Made by a program: the position numbers and the translations under genes. Positions 48,383-63,800 of a stretch of 64,000 nucleotides of DNA are shown piece after piece; positions within the stretch are counted from its first letter, which is position 1, and the number at the start of each line of letters is the position of its first letter. The stretch covers positions 7,864,672 through 7,928,671 of the forward strand of contig NW_003526943.1 of the NCBI RefSeq assembly GCF_000181795.1, written 5' to 3'. Below the pieces are notes generated by a model. The model was not told the origin of the DNA. It saw only the letters and a list, made by a program, of their open reading frames with translations, and ran no database searches. Source of the DNA: Trichinella spiralis. Its lineage: Eukaryota.

Positions 48383-51002
48383 TCAAAAAGTAGCCATTCG
48401 TCTTGTTTGAATGAAAGAATATTCAGGCCTATTGGGGCAATTGTTACCTTCCACTTGGCCGCGATCGTTGACAACGTTTGCAGTTGGTTCATCTGCTGCT
48501 TCAACTGAGACGACTGAAGAAGAACTGTCAAATCGCTGCTCACTTCTACGGCGGTGGAAGAGACAAGCAGATTGCTTGGCAGAAGCTGTTTTTGTTGACT
48601 GAGATAGATGTGCGAAATTCTGCTTCACAGATCTGATCACTGACCATCACTGTACACTATGCGGTTGCGTTGCCTAATCGCTTCCAGATTGCATATTGAT
48701 TGATAATCAAACCAAAAAAATGGATTGAAATATTATTTCAATAATTACTCGTCTCTTTGTTGAATGCATCTCTTACCTATGTACAGTATATTTCAAGAAA
48801 AGGTTTCAAATCTTCCTACAGTCTCACATAGCAAAAACGCATCCATTGGAGAAAATGCGAATGAAACATATTTATTTACCGTTTCTTTTGGAGATGCAAG
48901 TTTTATTGATATGTTTTCTAAAATTTACTACTGTCATAAACAAGAAGAAATACATGAAAAGATTTGAATTTCACAGCACTGAAGAAAAGAACATGAATTA
49001 AAACTGTCCTTGTTAAAAAAAAACATTGCTCAATTATAAATGATACAGTATAGTAGTAGTGGTAGTAGTAGTAGCTGTAGTAGTTGACCTGCACATCACC
49101 TGCACTTCATCATATCTTTTGCAATAGCTGATAACTTTTTGTTTCGGTATCTAATAAAAGAAACCACGTTAACTTTTTATGGAACGTTCAAAATGAGCCA
49201 ATAAATTAGCATACTTTTAGTAACTGATCAGCAAGTGTTAGTCGAAAAAATGAACAAGATTAGCTTGGATTATAAAAAAAATACAGCAGAAGGGGTAGAT
49301 AATAAAAATAACCGATTGCAGGATATAATTTAATGTGAATGTGGTGGTGGTTTCGGTTTTCTTCTCAAATAGAAGAATAAAACATACTCTGAAGCGTGTC
49401 ATCAGCAAGGCTAGCCGACTGTTCTGAAGTCAAATCGATGCAATTCGACTGAGCTGTTGGTGAAATTGGTTTCCAGGTTCCGTCGGAAAATATTTCAATT
49501 AAGGAAATTTCTTCTCCAACACTCTGCAAAACTGTATTCATATATCTGAATGAAAAGAAAAAAATCAAATGAAATTAAAAATTAAAACAAAACTGAAAGT
49601 TATCAAATATTAACTCGTCCAATACAACACTCTCCAGCGGTATGATTTGACCACAGATTGGACATTTTAGAACAGTACAGTTGTAAGAGTGGAGCAAAAA
49701 TTGCAGTCCATCAAAGCAGTCGATGTGGCAGCAAAGAGATGAGCGACAAGCGTAAGTTAAGCGCTTTTTCGATAACTGAAACAAATTATTAAAAGTGGTA
49801 TCTTTTTAAATGCGAACATCTTCAAAATGCATCATTCTGATTTTGAAAAAAAACTTTAAGATTTCAAAATACATTTTTACGAAAAAAGCTAAAATTAAAT
49901 AAAAAACATGAAAATGAAAGAGCATAACTTGAAATGAATTGGAACCTTCATAAAAATACAGTTTATAAAGGTTACAATAATACAACAGATCAGCTTGAAT
50001 TCACCTGCTTTACTTACAGGGCACTGCAACGAAAAGCGTTCCGAAACAACAAGCACATCGCCACTGTTCATATATTTATTCCCTGAAATATTATTTTTTT
50101 ATTCCAAAAAAACGCAATGTTTAATGTGCTGCTGCTGAGATTCGTATTCTCGATCTGTGAAAAATTTGCATAATCAATTTCATTACACAAAGTTAAAAAG
50201 CTGTCTTTTGAAAACGGTGGTCGCGTGAACAGAGCGGACTTCTGGGCCAGGAGAGCTTTGCCGTGTACAAGTCGAACAGTGAAAAACAATTTTCCCTATA
50301 AATAATAATTTTGAAATTGAAAAATAAAAGAAAAAAGTTGAACTGACCGAGTTTTGAAAAACACCATTCGGTGAGTAAAATATCAAAATCTGTTCACTTC
50401 GGTCGCCTAACAAATGGCTAGTGATGTTGATTGGATCGTTGAAACGTTGCACAAATGTGCACATTTCGGGGCACCATTCAGAACTCTTAAAAACAAAAGG
50501 AAAAGCTTTTAAACCGTTGTGTAAAATGGGCTACTTTAAAAACAAATATCACACACATACCGGCAAAGTCAATTCTTGATCATTGCAAAAGATCGAAACT
50601 GAAGGTCGAAGCAGAGCATGTTTGTTATTCTCGTCCACAAGAATCAACTGCACTTCAATATCTTTCTTTTCCAAAAATTCCCTATGCAAATGATATTACA
50701 AAAAATTTCCCATCAAACTATTCTATCATCTAATTTTTTCTACTTAGAACACGAATGTCCCAACTTGAAAAAATGAATAAACTGGCCTGGTCGACATTCA
50801 AAACCATTGTGATTTTTCTGATCTGAAAATGCATAATACATAAATGTATATATATTTTTTTTTCTTCAAATAAATAAATGAAATTTTTAAAATTAACCAA
50901 TTAATACATACTGAGAGGTTGCATGGATAGGATGTTTCGAGTGATTGGAAGATTATCGAAATCATACAATGTAACAGAGTTCAAAAAATCCGTAATTTCC
51001 AT
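48383..51002 (-). CDS. PIAS-like SP-RING paralog 2, multi-exon; 3' end uncertain
   Basis: ATG at 51002. FNDPINITSHL (literal PINIT motif), SERFSLQCP|LSKKRLTYACRSSLCCHIDCFDGLQFL......KCPICG, IEIFSDGTWKP and SIM-like CIDLT. Exons below ~49300 are not firmly resolved. Confidence 0.8.
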
Positions 51003-53570
51003 AATTTACCAGTTTCATGTGAAATGCTAAATATTAAATAAATAAGTAAAACATAAGTTTTAAATTTCCGGAAAACAATTTTCATCATCTAAATTGCATC
51101 ATCAGTATGCATTTCAAAGCAGTAAATTAAAAATAAAAAAGTGGATAAATATCCTAATTAATGGAAATAATTCGAACAAATGATTGAATAAAATATTCGC
51201 TATCATGTATATAACATTAATAAAAGCGTCAAACATGGCCAAAGAAAATACAGTGCCAAAATTGCTAACAAAGAAAGTAATAATATTATTTTACTTAAAA
51301 TCAATGAAATGAAAATTTTTTTTAAATTTCAAACGACAACAAATATTTCCGCATACTGTATAATATAGAATAAATAAGGAGTCCTTCAAAACTCATGTGA
51401 AGTGCAAAATATGTTATGAAAAAAATTTGAATAAAAAATCAAAGAAAAGTCATGAAAAAAAGTAAAAATTCCATTAGAAACATATAATTACACTGCATTC
51501 CAACTGTGATGTTAATTGGAATGTGAAAATCATGCACAATACAATTTTATTACAATTTGTACAATTCAACTCTACTTGAACGTAACAACAATGAAAAATT
51601 GGAAATGAGAAAAATAATTTAAATATTAGCCCGAGGAACAAATCAACTTTCGAATAACAACTGTTCTCCATTTTAACAATCGGCCGGCCGTATGACTGTA
51701 GTACTTCATTGAAAAATAGGTTTCATTTGGTTGGTAGTTCAATTAATTGCACGATAATTGGAATAAATTGAAAATTTTTAATTTCAAATTAAAAAAATTA
51801 AATTAAATAAACTTAAAAAATTTTCCATTATTATTATTATTACAAATAAACAAGTGGTTCAGCACTGCTGCGGAACAAGGAAGTGCTGAAGTGATGAAAA
51901 AGCTGTTGCTGATTTATTAAATCATTCATTGACTGCACTGATTTTTCCATTTTGATTATGAAATTTAGCATCTTGTCGCGCTGTGCAATTATGCAGTGCG
52001 GCTAAAATTTCATTTTTGGATTACAAAATTGTCAATGCGTGCAATGAATGCTTCTTTATTATTATCTGATATTGTAACTTCTATTCAATTTCTATGTTAA
52101 TTCCACGCATCTATTCCACACCTCTCCGGCTCAACTCTTGATGTAACGCTTCGCTATTATTTGGACTCGCTTTGAACAACAAATAGCTTTGGTTTCATTG
52201 AATTTTTCGTGCTTTTCTGCTCATTATCCTTCTTGTCCTGCCTTTTCAGAGGAAACTATTGCGCAACTGCTTGGATTCTTCGCCTTTGTCCTTACATCAT
52301 CAGACAGAGATACAGATAGCATCAGCAACGTGGCCAAACAAAACATCTACTATGCGATAATAATATTGCTGTTAAACAGTGGCAGATAAAGAAACGATCA
52401 CAGTATTCCCATTGGGAACTTCTCAATACGACAAATGTGAGAGGTTCAGTTCCTTGTTCATCTTAGTCATAAACTTTCCTCTACCGTTAGTCAGATTTTA
52501 ATAACAGATTATAAAAGAATAATAAATTTTAAATTTACAACTTTTATTTCTACAATTTTTCAAAACGTTATTACGATGTATTGATTTTGATACAATCGTT
52601 CTATTATTTGTACATACAATCATGCACATTCATTTAATATTGTTTTTCAGTTTGTTTCTTTGATGAATAGCATCGATATTACAATAATAATAATAATCAC
52701 AGACAGTTACATCAGTGGTGATGTTTTTTTTACAATAGATGGTCATTTTGGAATTTTCAATAATAATTTCGCATCTTTTCAATCTGACAGACAATAAATT
52801 CACGTTCATAATATATATTCTGTTTTCTCGGCAAACAATTAATTTATTGAGAAAATTTTCAACTCATACAATAATAACAGTAACTAAATGAAAAATAACC
52901 ACACACAAACACACACACAAGCACACATACATGGAAGAATTTGAAAATCTAATGAAATAATTATGCTCTTTTTCTTTCCAAGCTAATGCAAATGTGAAAA
53001 CAAATCATCACCGGCATGCAGAAACAAATGCTGGCCGTCTTAATTATTCTATCACAACAGTAATATGCAAATTAATCAAAATTTTTGTGCGTGTGCGTGT
53101 GTGCTGTATATATATAGAATGAAAGCAAAAGAAAAAATTAGAATTTATTAACCCTTCAATTCCCTTGCACTTGCATCTTCTACATTTATACTTTTTTTTG
53201 TTTGATTGATCGATCGAAGCGAACTTTGAAAATAAAAAAAAATCTGAACAAGAACGCTTCTTATCACATCATTGAGAGCAAGCAAAAGTTGTTCAAATTG
53301 GGCAGGTTGATTCAGAATATGAAAAAGCAAAAGAAAAAAAAAACTGACAGTAGCTGCTAACCAAAAACAAAAACCATCATATATATCATATATTATATGC
53401 AAATAGAGATGAATAGAAGAAGAAGAAAGGTCTGAATAATAAATAGAAGATCAAATATTGTATTAAATCTTATTCATCAAGCCTCTAAATCAATAAATAT
53501 GATAGCGAAAATTTATAATAAAAAGCTAAAGAAAAAAAAAGCACTCCATCTTTCCCATCCATCCTCTTCT

Positions 53571-56500
53571 CTAAGCAGTGCTGGTAGTTTGTTGACTTGA
53601 TCGTTGAATGTGTGTCGCTTTCTCCTGGTAAAAATTTTTTACATTAATCAAACAGGAATGAATATGTATGTATCATCGTAAATCGTGTAGAATTTTATTC
53701 ACCTCTCCATCTTTATTGTACAAGATGGTCTGCACATTTTGCCCAACGCCCCAGTTGTCTTCACCTTCGAAAATTAGCTGATTTGGTGGATCATTTACTC
53801 CACCTTGATTACGTGCCCAAACCTTAAAAAACAAAAAAATTCGATTAATTAAAAATAAAATCGAAAGTACAATAAATAAAAAGAGTTTGTTGATGAGACA
53901 GAAGAAAAATGAAAAAAAAAAATTTTTTTTTCACATACTTTCACATTCTTTCCAGCTTTCAGGACAAATTTTGGCGGAAAAGTGAAAACAACTTCACGTT
54001 TTCCGTCAATTTTCCTTTTCAATTTCCATTCATCCAACGGTTCATCCTGGGATTAGAAAAAAAACAAATCAAAATTTCAAAAATTGCTCATCAATAAGAA
54101 ACCCTTGCCTTTGCACGGTGTGTATTTTCCAAAACGATGAACTTCCCATCCGGGTTGCATTCACTGATGCTAACATTACCTTTCGCTGATCGCTGATAGC
54201 TGGTTCTTGTCGCCATTTCTCCTTTCACTACACGCATACTTTCTGTAAAAAAACAATTTTTTTTAAATTTCAAACAAACATTAAAAGAAAAAACATCTAT
54301 GTCGTCGTGCTTTTTACCAGTATCTTCTTGTTGTTGTAAGCTTCGAGTTTTGACAACTTGCTCGACGAGTTGACGCAGACCTGTTCGATTTTCTTCACCT
54401 TCAAGCATCTTCCTGTAGATGGCAATTTCCGCATCCAAAGTCTGCTTGGTGTCAAGCAACATCTGCAATTCGACCATAAGAGCCTGGCATTCTTCGCGCA
54501 TTTTTCTTATTTGTCCGTCGCGATCATTCAATGCCGATTCATACTGACGTTGATCATCCTCCAGTTGGTATGTTAATTCTTGAACTTGTTTCTCCAGCAA
54601 TGAATTCTAGAAAGAGAGAAAATTAAACCGAAAAAATTGTATTGTAATTGAAATTTTCACTTACTCGACTTTCCAAATCACCCAATTTGCCACGCAAATC
54701 GCCCATCTGTGAACGAAGACGTTTCACTTCCTCTTTCTGGTATCCAGTCTCCATTGTATGTCTAGCTGATGCTGTCTGAATCTCTTGAACCTAAATTAAA
54801 AAAAAAAGAAAATATTTTGCACTTTCTTAATATTGCAAAACGTAATATAATAAAATGCTTTTTTTTAAAAAAATAAGATTGAGAAACACCCTTTCCTCAC
54901 CTTCAACTTATACCAAGATTCCATATCACTTTTGTTTTGTAGAGAAACTGAATCGTATTCGTTGCGAATATCACGAATGGCTAGTGCAAGTTCGTTTTTG
55001 AAAAATTCACGATTTTCGGCAGTTGTATCACGAGCGGCCAAAGCTTGTAATTCTTTGATTTCCTTTACAACGAAGGAACAATTTTTAATTTAATAATGAG
55101 AATTAAAGTAAGAAAAAAAATCAAATTTACTTGATCATGCACACGACGAATGAAGTCAATTTCTTCCAACAAAGTTTGCACCTGATTTTGATAATCAATA
55201 CGATTGAGCGTCTCTTGATCCAAATCCTGAAATGATCAATTGCACCACAAATGTGGATGAATTATTTATTCAATTAAATGAGATGTTTTTTTTAAATTAG
55301 AAAATACAATTTGCATAATTTCATAATCGCAATAATCGTCTGCTTACCGTTCGAGCTTTGTTCAATTCACTCTGCAAGCGCATATTTTCCTTTTTCATTC
55401 GATTCACTTCATCTTCCAAACCTTCAATTCGACGACGAAGCAAATTCGCTTCAGCTTCGTGCTCGCTCAACTGTGTCAACAGACCGTCAATTTTTTCCTG
55501 ATCTCCAGCACGTTGACGTAAAGCATCTTCATATCTGATAGCAAAATAAACAAACAAAATATTTCAATGTAAACTATAATTAATTTTATTATTATTATTA
55601 TTATTATATGAAATCAAATTGAAAAATGCGCGTTTTAATGAAAGTTTCAATTTTAATAAAAAAAAACACTCAACAAGCAAGTAGCCCCCCCCCTCCCCAT
55701 GCCTCAACTGGTTCGGCTTGTAATTTACTTTGCGTAGAGAGAATTACCTGCTTGCTGTTTGATTAAACTTGTGCGAAACATTAGAATAATGAAATTTTTT
55801 GTTTCGGCCAATACATTAAACAGCAATCAGAAAAAAGAAATCAATAAAACAAACAATTTGCTTGTTGCATTGGCGTTCGTTCGGTCCAAAAGTTTTCCAC
55901 CACGTTGGTAAAAGTGAAAAATCAACTGTACAACAACAAACAACATATAGTAATTAAAATATTTTAAAGTAAAAAATTTTTACTTTATATATTTCACAGA
56001 TTAATTTTTAATAAAATATTGATTTGTCGAATGACGATATAGAAGAAAATATTAATATTTGCACATCGTGACCAATTTGCTGTTGGCTGACAAGGTTGAT
56101 TTATCGTTTGAGTCGAAATGTACATATAAAAGCTCATAAACAAACATGCGACCCTTGCAACAAGAAGCACCATCTATCTCACCCTGACCAAACTACTATT
56201 CATTCACTTGTGCATAGTGAAAAACAAGCCCAATGAAAAATATTTGATGAAAATGATGCATGCATATATATATATATACTGGGTGGAATTTGAAGAAGAT
56301 GGTAAATAGAGAATATTATTTCAGGTCAGTAATGCAATTTATATACGCAATCAAATAACTAAAGTCAGATCAATTTTTACAATTTTGCCTTATTGAGAAT
56401 AGCGATGCGCGTTTATTATTTATCATAAATTTCACAACCCACAAAAATCAGACTTTTGATAACAAGCCAAATCGAAACAAGTTTACACCATCAAGTCAAC

Positions 56501-59500
56501 AACTGTATTCAGTAATCAATAAAATCGCTATTGCAAATGTTGAACAGAAAAGTAGAAGAAGAAGAAGGTCGTGCCAAAGAATTGTGTTATCTATCACCAT
56601 CACAACCGAAACCACAACCAAAACCAAATACCAGGCAAAGATGAAATTTTCACATTTCACATTAAACTACATTACACATACATGCACACAAATATTAAAT
56701 ATTGCCAACTAGTCAAACATGACAAACTACAGTAGAGATGGTTGGAAAATGAAAAGATCCATTCAGAATTGATGAAATGGGTGCAAGTATTTTATAATAA
56801 AAATTGGAGCTCAAAATTTTGATGAACAATAAATAATTAATAATAACTAGAAATTCCTGCTCGACGATATCAAAGAGCAAGAGACAGAGAGATGGTCAAC
56901 ATTTAACCAAGTTGCATGGAATAAATCATCGAACATTGCCTGAAGCTGAAAACAATTAGAAAAAGTACTTCTAAATTTAGATATCTGGTTGGTTCGTTGT
57001 TCCAAAATGCGCATTTATCATGCGGAAAGAGACCATTTGCAACAACATTTTAAGCGATGATAAAAATTACACGCTATTCTATCGTAATAAGAAGAATAAT
57101 AATAAAATGCAATTCACATAAAATGGGGCTATTTTTGTTTGTTTGATTTACGATCAAATGAAAAATGTATCTATATTTATTTATTTATTTAAACGGTTGA
57201 AATGTTGTTTTTCAAAAATAATTCACATCAGCATCATCCTTCATCGAAAACTTTGTCATCTAAACTTGAACATATGCTTCAGCAGAACACTGTTCGTAAT
57301 ATATAAAACTCTGCTTTTTCCGCTGCTGCTACTAATTTGATAATATTATTTTGCAAAAGCAAGCAAACGAGCGAGCGAGCGAGCGAATTGAGTAAAATTA
57401 ATTTTTGCCTGGGTAGTAATAAAAATTCGTTACTATGGTGAAGCGAAGAGTATGAATAAATAGTGATGATGATGATGACGAATGGAAAAATCTATCTATC
57501 TATCTATCTAACTGCTGCAGCTGCTGCAATTTAAAAATTTTTCAATTGCTAACAACAAAAACGACGACCGTTTTGCAAATGTCCATGCAATGCTGCATAA
57601 TATGAAAATCGATAAGCAAAAGAGAAACACGCCCACGTTCAAAGTGGTAACTGAAGCTTTTATAATGCTATTTTTATTTGCCATCAATGATTTTTCGTTG
57701 AAATATTCCACAGCATTATTGCATGCATATCAATTGACGGGTGAATAAAAACGAGATTGCAAAAAGCAAATATTTTTTTCAAAAAAAATTGCAAAATGTT
57801 ACAATCTACAAAAAGATACTTTTTTTAATTGAAATTTTGAAAGAAAAAATTTTCAATTGAAAAAAAGCAGAGCAACAACTGTCAGCTAGCTAGCCGGAGA
57901 AAATTGTTGGCTAGTTAAGCTGTTCAAAAACAAAAAAAATAGTAACAAAGATTATTAAAGTGGACAGGAAATGATGAAAAATCACACATACAACGAACGG
58001 ATGAATGTGAAAAAAGACAAGAGGAGAATTTTCGCTCAAATTTGCAAATGCTACTGCTTCGCACAAAAGAATTTATTTAAAAAGAAAAATAAATAAATTA
58101 GCTTGATTGAACAAAAAAAATTTGCATAACATGAAAAAAAACTGATCATCTGTGAAAGTGTGAAAAGAAAAAATGGGCGTTTTCTTTTCTTTGGAAAAAA
58201 AGATTTTTTTTTTTCAAAAACTTTTGCTGTTGCTATTTTTGAAAATTTGCACACACACTGATGAATTATTATTATTATTAGAGTTGCAAATCAGCGAATT
58301 TTAAACCGACCGAGCGACGATTAAATGAATAAATATATATGACAGAAAGGGGAAAAATAGAAACAGTTGTTCTACGAACGTTTGTCACAAAGAATAAGCA
58401 AAAGCTTGATCAAAAATTTGCAATTAATTCTTCTTCTATCAATAGATTTTTCAACATGTGAAGAACGTGATGAACGTTATTCATCGTCAAAGCAAAAATT
58501 GAAGTAAACAACAAATCAAAAAATGCGCTAGTATTTTGAAAAAATTTAAAATAAAATGATTAAAAATTATTTTATGTTCAAAAAGTTTAAATATTGCTGA
58601 CAATAATTTAAAAAAAAACAACAATTGGTGCAAAATTTAAAATGCAAATTAATTTTTTAAAAAAGATAAAATATTTGCATGATGACATTTCATTTTTGTT
58701 AAATTGAAACATGTCAAGAAAAAAGAAAAGAAAAGAAAAAAAACTATATATATAACGATGACTAAGCGCGCACAAGTGAAACAGCGTTGGCGTTTGCTGA
58801 TATGCAAGTTGTGATCAAATTGCCGACCGGTTGAAAATTATCATATTGTATAGTGCAAAACTTGTCTTTCCCACAAGTCTTAATTTTTGACATTTTCATT
58901 TTTCGGTCAGCTTGAAAGATTAGATTGTCAAAAAAAAAATAGAATATTATTATTTATTCTTCGCTTCACCACGTTTTGTGCTTAAGTTGCAAAATTAAGT
59001 TCATGGGAAAAAGCACAATTTTGCTTAAAAATATTCCCTCTCCACCCCTCCCCCTATGCCCGGTTTATTGCTTTATTACAATGGCATTAAATGTTCTATC
59101 TAGTTTTGTCAAGAAGTTTGCCAACAAGTTCGCAGACAGACAGACAGACAGACAGTGAAAAAGTGTGTAGTGATTGTAAATTATTAAAATGCCATGGAAA
59201 AGTGATACAATCCAAAGTCCACGCACGATACAATGATGACGAAGACAACAACAGTGGTGGAATAGAGGAGGAGAGGGGGGGGGATAAAACCAACCGACAG
59301 ACCGGTCGGTTGTCAAGAAATGGTTCAAGGCTGAAAGTTAAGCAAAAGTGATTTGTCTTTTTACATACATTATAGAAGTAAGACGTTAAAGTGTGTGCAA
59401 ATAGTGGTGGTCACTTGGTAGAGAATGTCATCGTCAGTAAGACAGCCGACCTTCACTGATTTTCTGGTCGTCAAAAATGAGAGAGAACGAACGGTCAACA

Positions 59501-60873
59501 AACTTCTCCCAACAACGTATCTGTATATCTATCTATCTATATAGAGATGTCAAAATATGTCGATGAATAATACGTTTTTTTTTCTTCTTCTTTTGATAAT
59601 TATAAAAATCAATTTCCACTCCAGAGTGAAAGAAAGATTTCAATATGAGAAATAATAATAATGCTGAAATAAGAAGAACAAGTGAAATATTTCAAATGAC
59701 GACACACAAGTGCAAAAGGCAGCCAGCCTTCAGAATAAAAGTTGCAGCAAAGTTGAATAAGAATGAAAAATGTCAAATTGTTGAAGAGCAAGCAGCATCG
59801 TCGTGCACAACGCACAAACAACAGAGACAAGTCATCATCAGTTACAGTAAAATCAGACGAATAAAAATTGCCCCGAGGAAAATTTGAATGAGAACGTTCT
59901 CGAGTGAAGAATGCATTTTTGAAATGCCAGCGTGCAGTAGTAGTAATTTTCTGTTCCAATCGTCCTCCTTTTTGTGATGAGTCATAATGCGAGAAGAGAA
60001 AGTTGTCGTGTGCGAAGAGTGAATATTTATACTATTCTGATAGATAGAAACAGAGAAGACATTGAGGAAAAGTTTTTGCTTGCTATGGTGATAGAAATCG
60101 ATCGCGTTTGTGTAGACACAAAAAAGACATTAAAAAAAAGTGCATACAAATGAAAAGTGATTGTTTAAATTAAAAAAATTATGATAATTATTAAAAAAGA
60201 AAAATAAGACTCACTTGCGACGGAATTCAGCCAAGTCGGTTTGTAGACGATTGATTTGACTTTCCAGTGTGGCTTTGTTCTTGGCAGTATCGTCGATCAG
60301 TTTCCTAGCTTCGGCCAGTTCCCCTTCGTACATCTGCTTGACCGACGAGGTGTCTTTGCCCCAACGGCCGCGCAAGCCTTCCAAATCGTTCGCCAATTTT
60401 CGATTCTGGGCTTCCAAAAATCGCACCTTTTCAATATAGCTGGCCAGACGATCGTTCAAATCTTGCATTTCCTTCTTTTCCCGTTCTCTGGATTCGAGAA
60501 TCGCCGACGCGGCGCCGGCCTGGTGGAAGCCGGGACTGAAGCCCGAAACACTGCTGCTGCCCATTTCGGTGACAATTTTCAAAACCCGACCGCCGGCGCC
60601 GACGCCGGTCGGTGTGCCGCCGATGGTCGGCGTGCCCGGAGAATTGCGCGCGAAGCCGGGTCTGGCGCTAATAGTCGACCGGTACTCTCCGCTGTCCATT
60701 TTGCCGGACAGTGTGGAAAAATTGCTATCTGTATGCTCTTCAACTTTGTTGCCGGTGGTCGTGGTCGTCCGTACGCCGCCGCCGCCGCTTTGCAAATTAG
60801 TATTACTACTACTACTACTAGTAGTAGTAATATTCTGCTTTTCAATTTTGGTTGTCGTCTTCAGCTCTGGCAT
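53571..60873 (-). CDS. ifa-1: Cytoplasmic intermediate filament protein, IFA type, with lamin-tail domain; ~4.7 kb first intron
   Basis: [43 protein letters not shown] (coil 1A), [16 protein letters not shown] (rod end) and lamin tail [31 protein letters not shown]. It ends ..QQTTSTA* with no CaaX. Exact ifa paralog identity is uncertain. Confidence 0.93.
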
Positions 60874-63800
60874 GACGTCACAACTCGAATCGAGCGTTCT
60901 GATTGGTCAACTGGCCTCACGGACAGGGGGACTTGATTGTCGCTGTTCACACTGCTAGGCTGGCTGGTTTTCTCTTTCTCTTTTCAACGTTATTCTATAT
61001 TTCTGTATTATAAATTTATCGATTAATATCAATTAATTCGAATAACAATTCTCATCTTGTTCCAAAATATCAATCTTTTCTCCATATTATAAAAATTAAT
61101 AATTCAATTTAAAATAGCAGAAGAGCAAATCAAATCGAAAAAAAATACAAAGCAACAACAAGTGACAAAGAGACACAAGTAAAAGGAAATACAACGAACG
61201 AGATTTTCAATTTAAGCATTAAACACCAGCGTTGAGCTTGGTGGACGTGAGTAAGGAAATTCCCGACGACACTAAATGCAAATCTTCTACCAAATCAACA
61301 CCTTATAAGGTGACAAAGTAGGTCGTGGTGGGAGGAGCTACTCGAGCGCCACCTTTGGCTCGTTTGTTGAGCCTAAGGCAAAATAAAACTTTCCACGGCT
61401 GGGCTTTTCTTTTTCGCTTTTGTTCAAATTTACATACTAATGAATCATCACCGTCATCATTGAATACCTTTATCATTTGAATCAACTTGATAAATTTGAA
61501 AATGATAATTTTTTTTTGGGAGGAGGAGGAACGAATAAATATGTTTGAATAAATTGAAAAAAAGAATCATTTCTCTTATTCTCTCTCTCTCCCTATTGCA
61601 ATGATCAAATATGCAAAAATGTCATCAAATTGCAACTTCTTGATACACTTTCACAATGGTTTTCGTTTGTGCAAAATGTTAATATAAATTTCCACGTTGA
61701 TCAATATCAAATTTGGATTGTTCGTTCGTAGCTGTGTGTGGAAAGGAAAAATTATTGCTGGTCTGTCTGACAAATGCAAATAAGATGAAAATACATTTTT
61801 CAACAGTTAATATTAGCATACAGCGAGTAAATGCAAACGACAATACTGTGCAGAGATGATGGTCGCATTGGCGTAGAAATTCCCACTCACCCACCAACCA
61901 AATTAATGATAAATAATAGATTGACAATTAATAGAAACTACTTTTGTTTATTCAATTCAACTCAAATAAAATTTGCATTATATTGAATGGATAAAAAGTT
62001 TCTTTTTTTTGATAATAGCAAATACAATGAAAAAAAAATTGAAATTTTCCCCCTGTTGATAAATTGATTCTCCTTCCAATCATTGATCATCACTAATTGG
62101 TCGAAAAGAGGTTTTGTAAAAATTTCAATTTGCACAATTCGAATTCACAAAGCTGAAAACGACCATCGCACTCGACGCAAATCTGCATTTCGGTGTTCTA
62201 TTTTTAATTGGGTCAACATTGCACTTCAAATATCTTTTACTGTAATGAATTTGTGAACTTTAATCCGACTGAATCCCATCCACAAACGATATTGTCTTAA
62301 TTTGTTCAGTGGAAAATTTGAATAATTAATTGTTGAAACTTGCAATATATGCACACAATTCAAAAAAAAAATTTCATCATAATTTGATCAAAAATTATTT
62401 CAACACTTTGAATGATTTGGATCGATCGATCGTTTTCGTATGGTTTTAAATTTTGCCAAATCCCTTTTCATTTGAATTTCTATTCACATTTTTACAATTT
62501 TAATTTTTTAATATAGAAAAGAAAGCATCTTCGCTTGGATAAATTTCTTCCATGCATTCGTTCTTCAATCAATATCAAATGCAACACCGACAACACCACC
62601 CAAATAATTACAAGATAACACCGGTTGTAATGTTGTCAAATTTGTAAAAGTTCCAAATATTTTTTCTGCAAATTTATTGCACAGTGGAAGGTGATTTTAG
62701 AAAAAAAAACAAAAGAATTTCAACGTCAAAAATTATTCATACAATTCAACATTCAATTTTGACAATTTCTGACCAAACTGATTCAAAATATATTACATTA
62801 TCTGACACTTTTTCTTTCGACACCGATGACGGGTGTGATATGCGTTTGGTGAATAATTAACGATGATCGATATGTATGCAAGTATGGATGGATAGATGGA
62901 TGGATGCGTGGAATTCTCTTTCGACCCAAACATGCTACATTCAAAAGCTCCATAACATGTTGCTGTTCAATTCAATTCAATTGTCTTTTTTTTTCAAAAA
63001 CGACAAATTCAAACTTCTCAATTGAAAATTTTTATTACATTCTTCTATTTGCGTTTCAATTACAATTTGAACAAAAGATGAAAAAAGAATAACGGTCTTG
63101 ACCGACATCGTTTCGCCAGTTTTTCAAATTTCATGCAAAACATGGTGAAAAGCTTCTTCTTCATTCAAAGCAAAAAAAAAACCAATTTAATACTCTCGAT
63201 TGTTAATCGAATGATTCACACGACAACAGCAGACAAACAAACAAACTATACTTCTTCCCCTGGTGCTGGTTTCACAACTACACAGGCATACTGTAGCCGT
63301 TCGAATTTCACTTTCATATTTACCGTGAACTGATTAATTTCCCATCCACTACCCGAAGAAGCGAATCCATTTGTTTGTCCAACTTACCCACACGTCATTC
63401 TCGTTCTTATTTATTTTATTATTCGTCTTCTTTTTTTGTGTCTCCATGCTTTTGCATTTGCAAATTTGCTCAACAGCACAGTAATGAATGAAACACGGTT
63501 GTCAGTTTGAAGATTCCAACCGACCGGTACGATTAAATCGACCAGCATTGTTTGTTCAATTTGTCAAACCGATCGTGCAATTATTGTTCACAAACTATTC
63601 TCTGCACCAACCAACCGAAACTGGCACCATTTTATACTGTAAAAATTATAAATTTTTATTTCAAAAATGATCAAATCAAACCATTTTCCAACTAGCAATC
63701 CAATTCAACTGATGCCAATGACAAAACGTTGCAATTTTCCAATCAATCAGTATTGTTGACGTGAACGTGCACATTTTTTTTATTTTAGATTTTTCTTTTT

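Noticed and set aside
53571..60873. Nuclear lamin
   Set aside because: No C-terminal CaaX and no evident NLS; the rod and head sequences match the cytoplasmic IFA type.
60256..60958. 226-aa and 129-aa plus-strand ORFs
   Set aside because: Antisense shadows of the GC-rich first exon of the intermediate filament gene.
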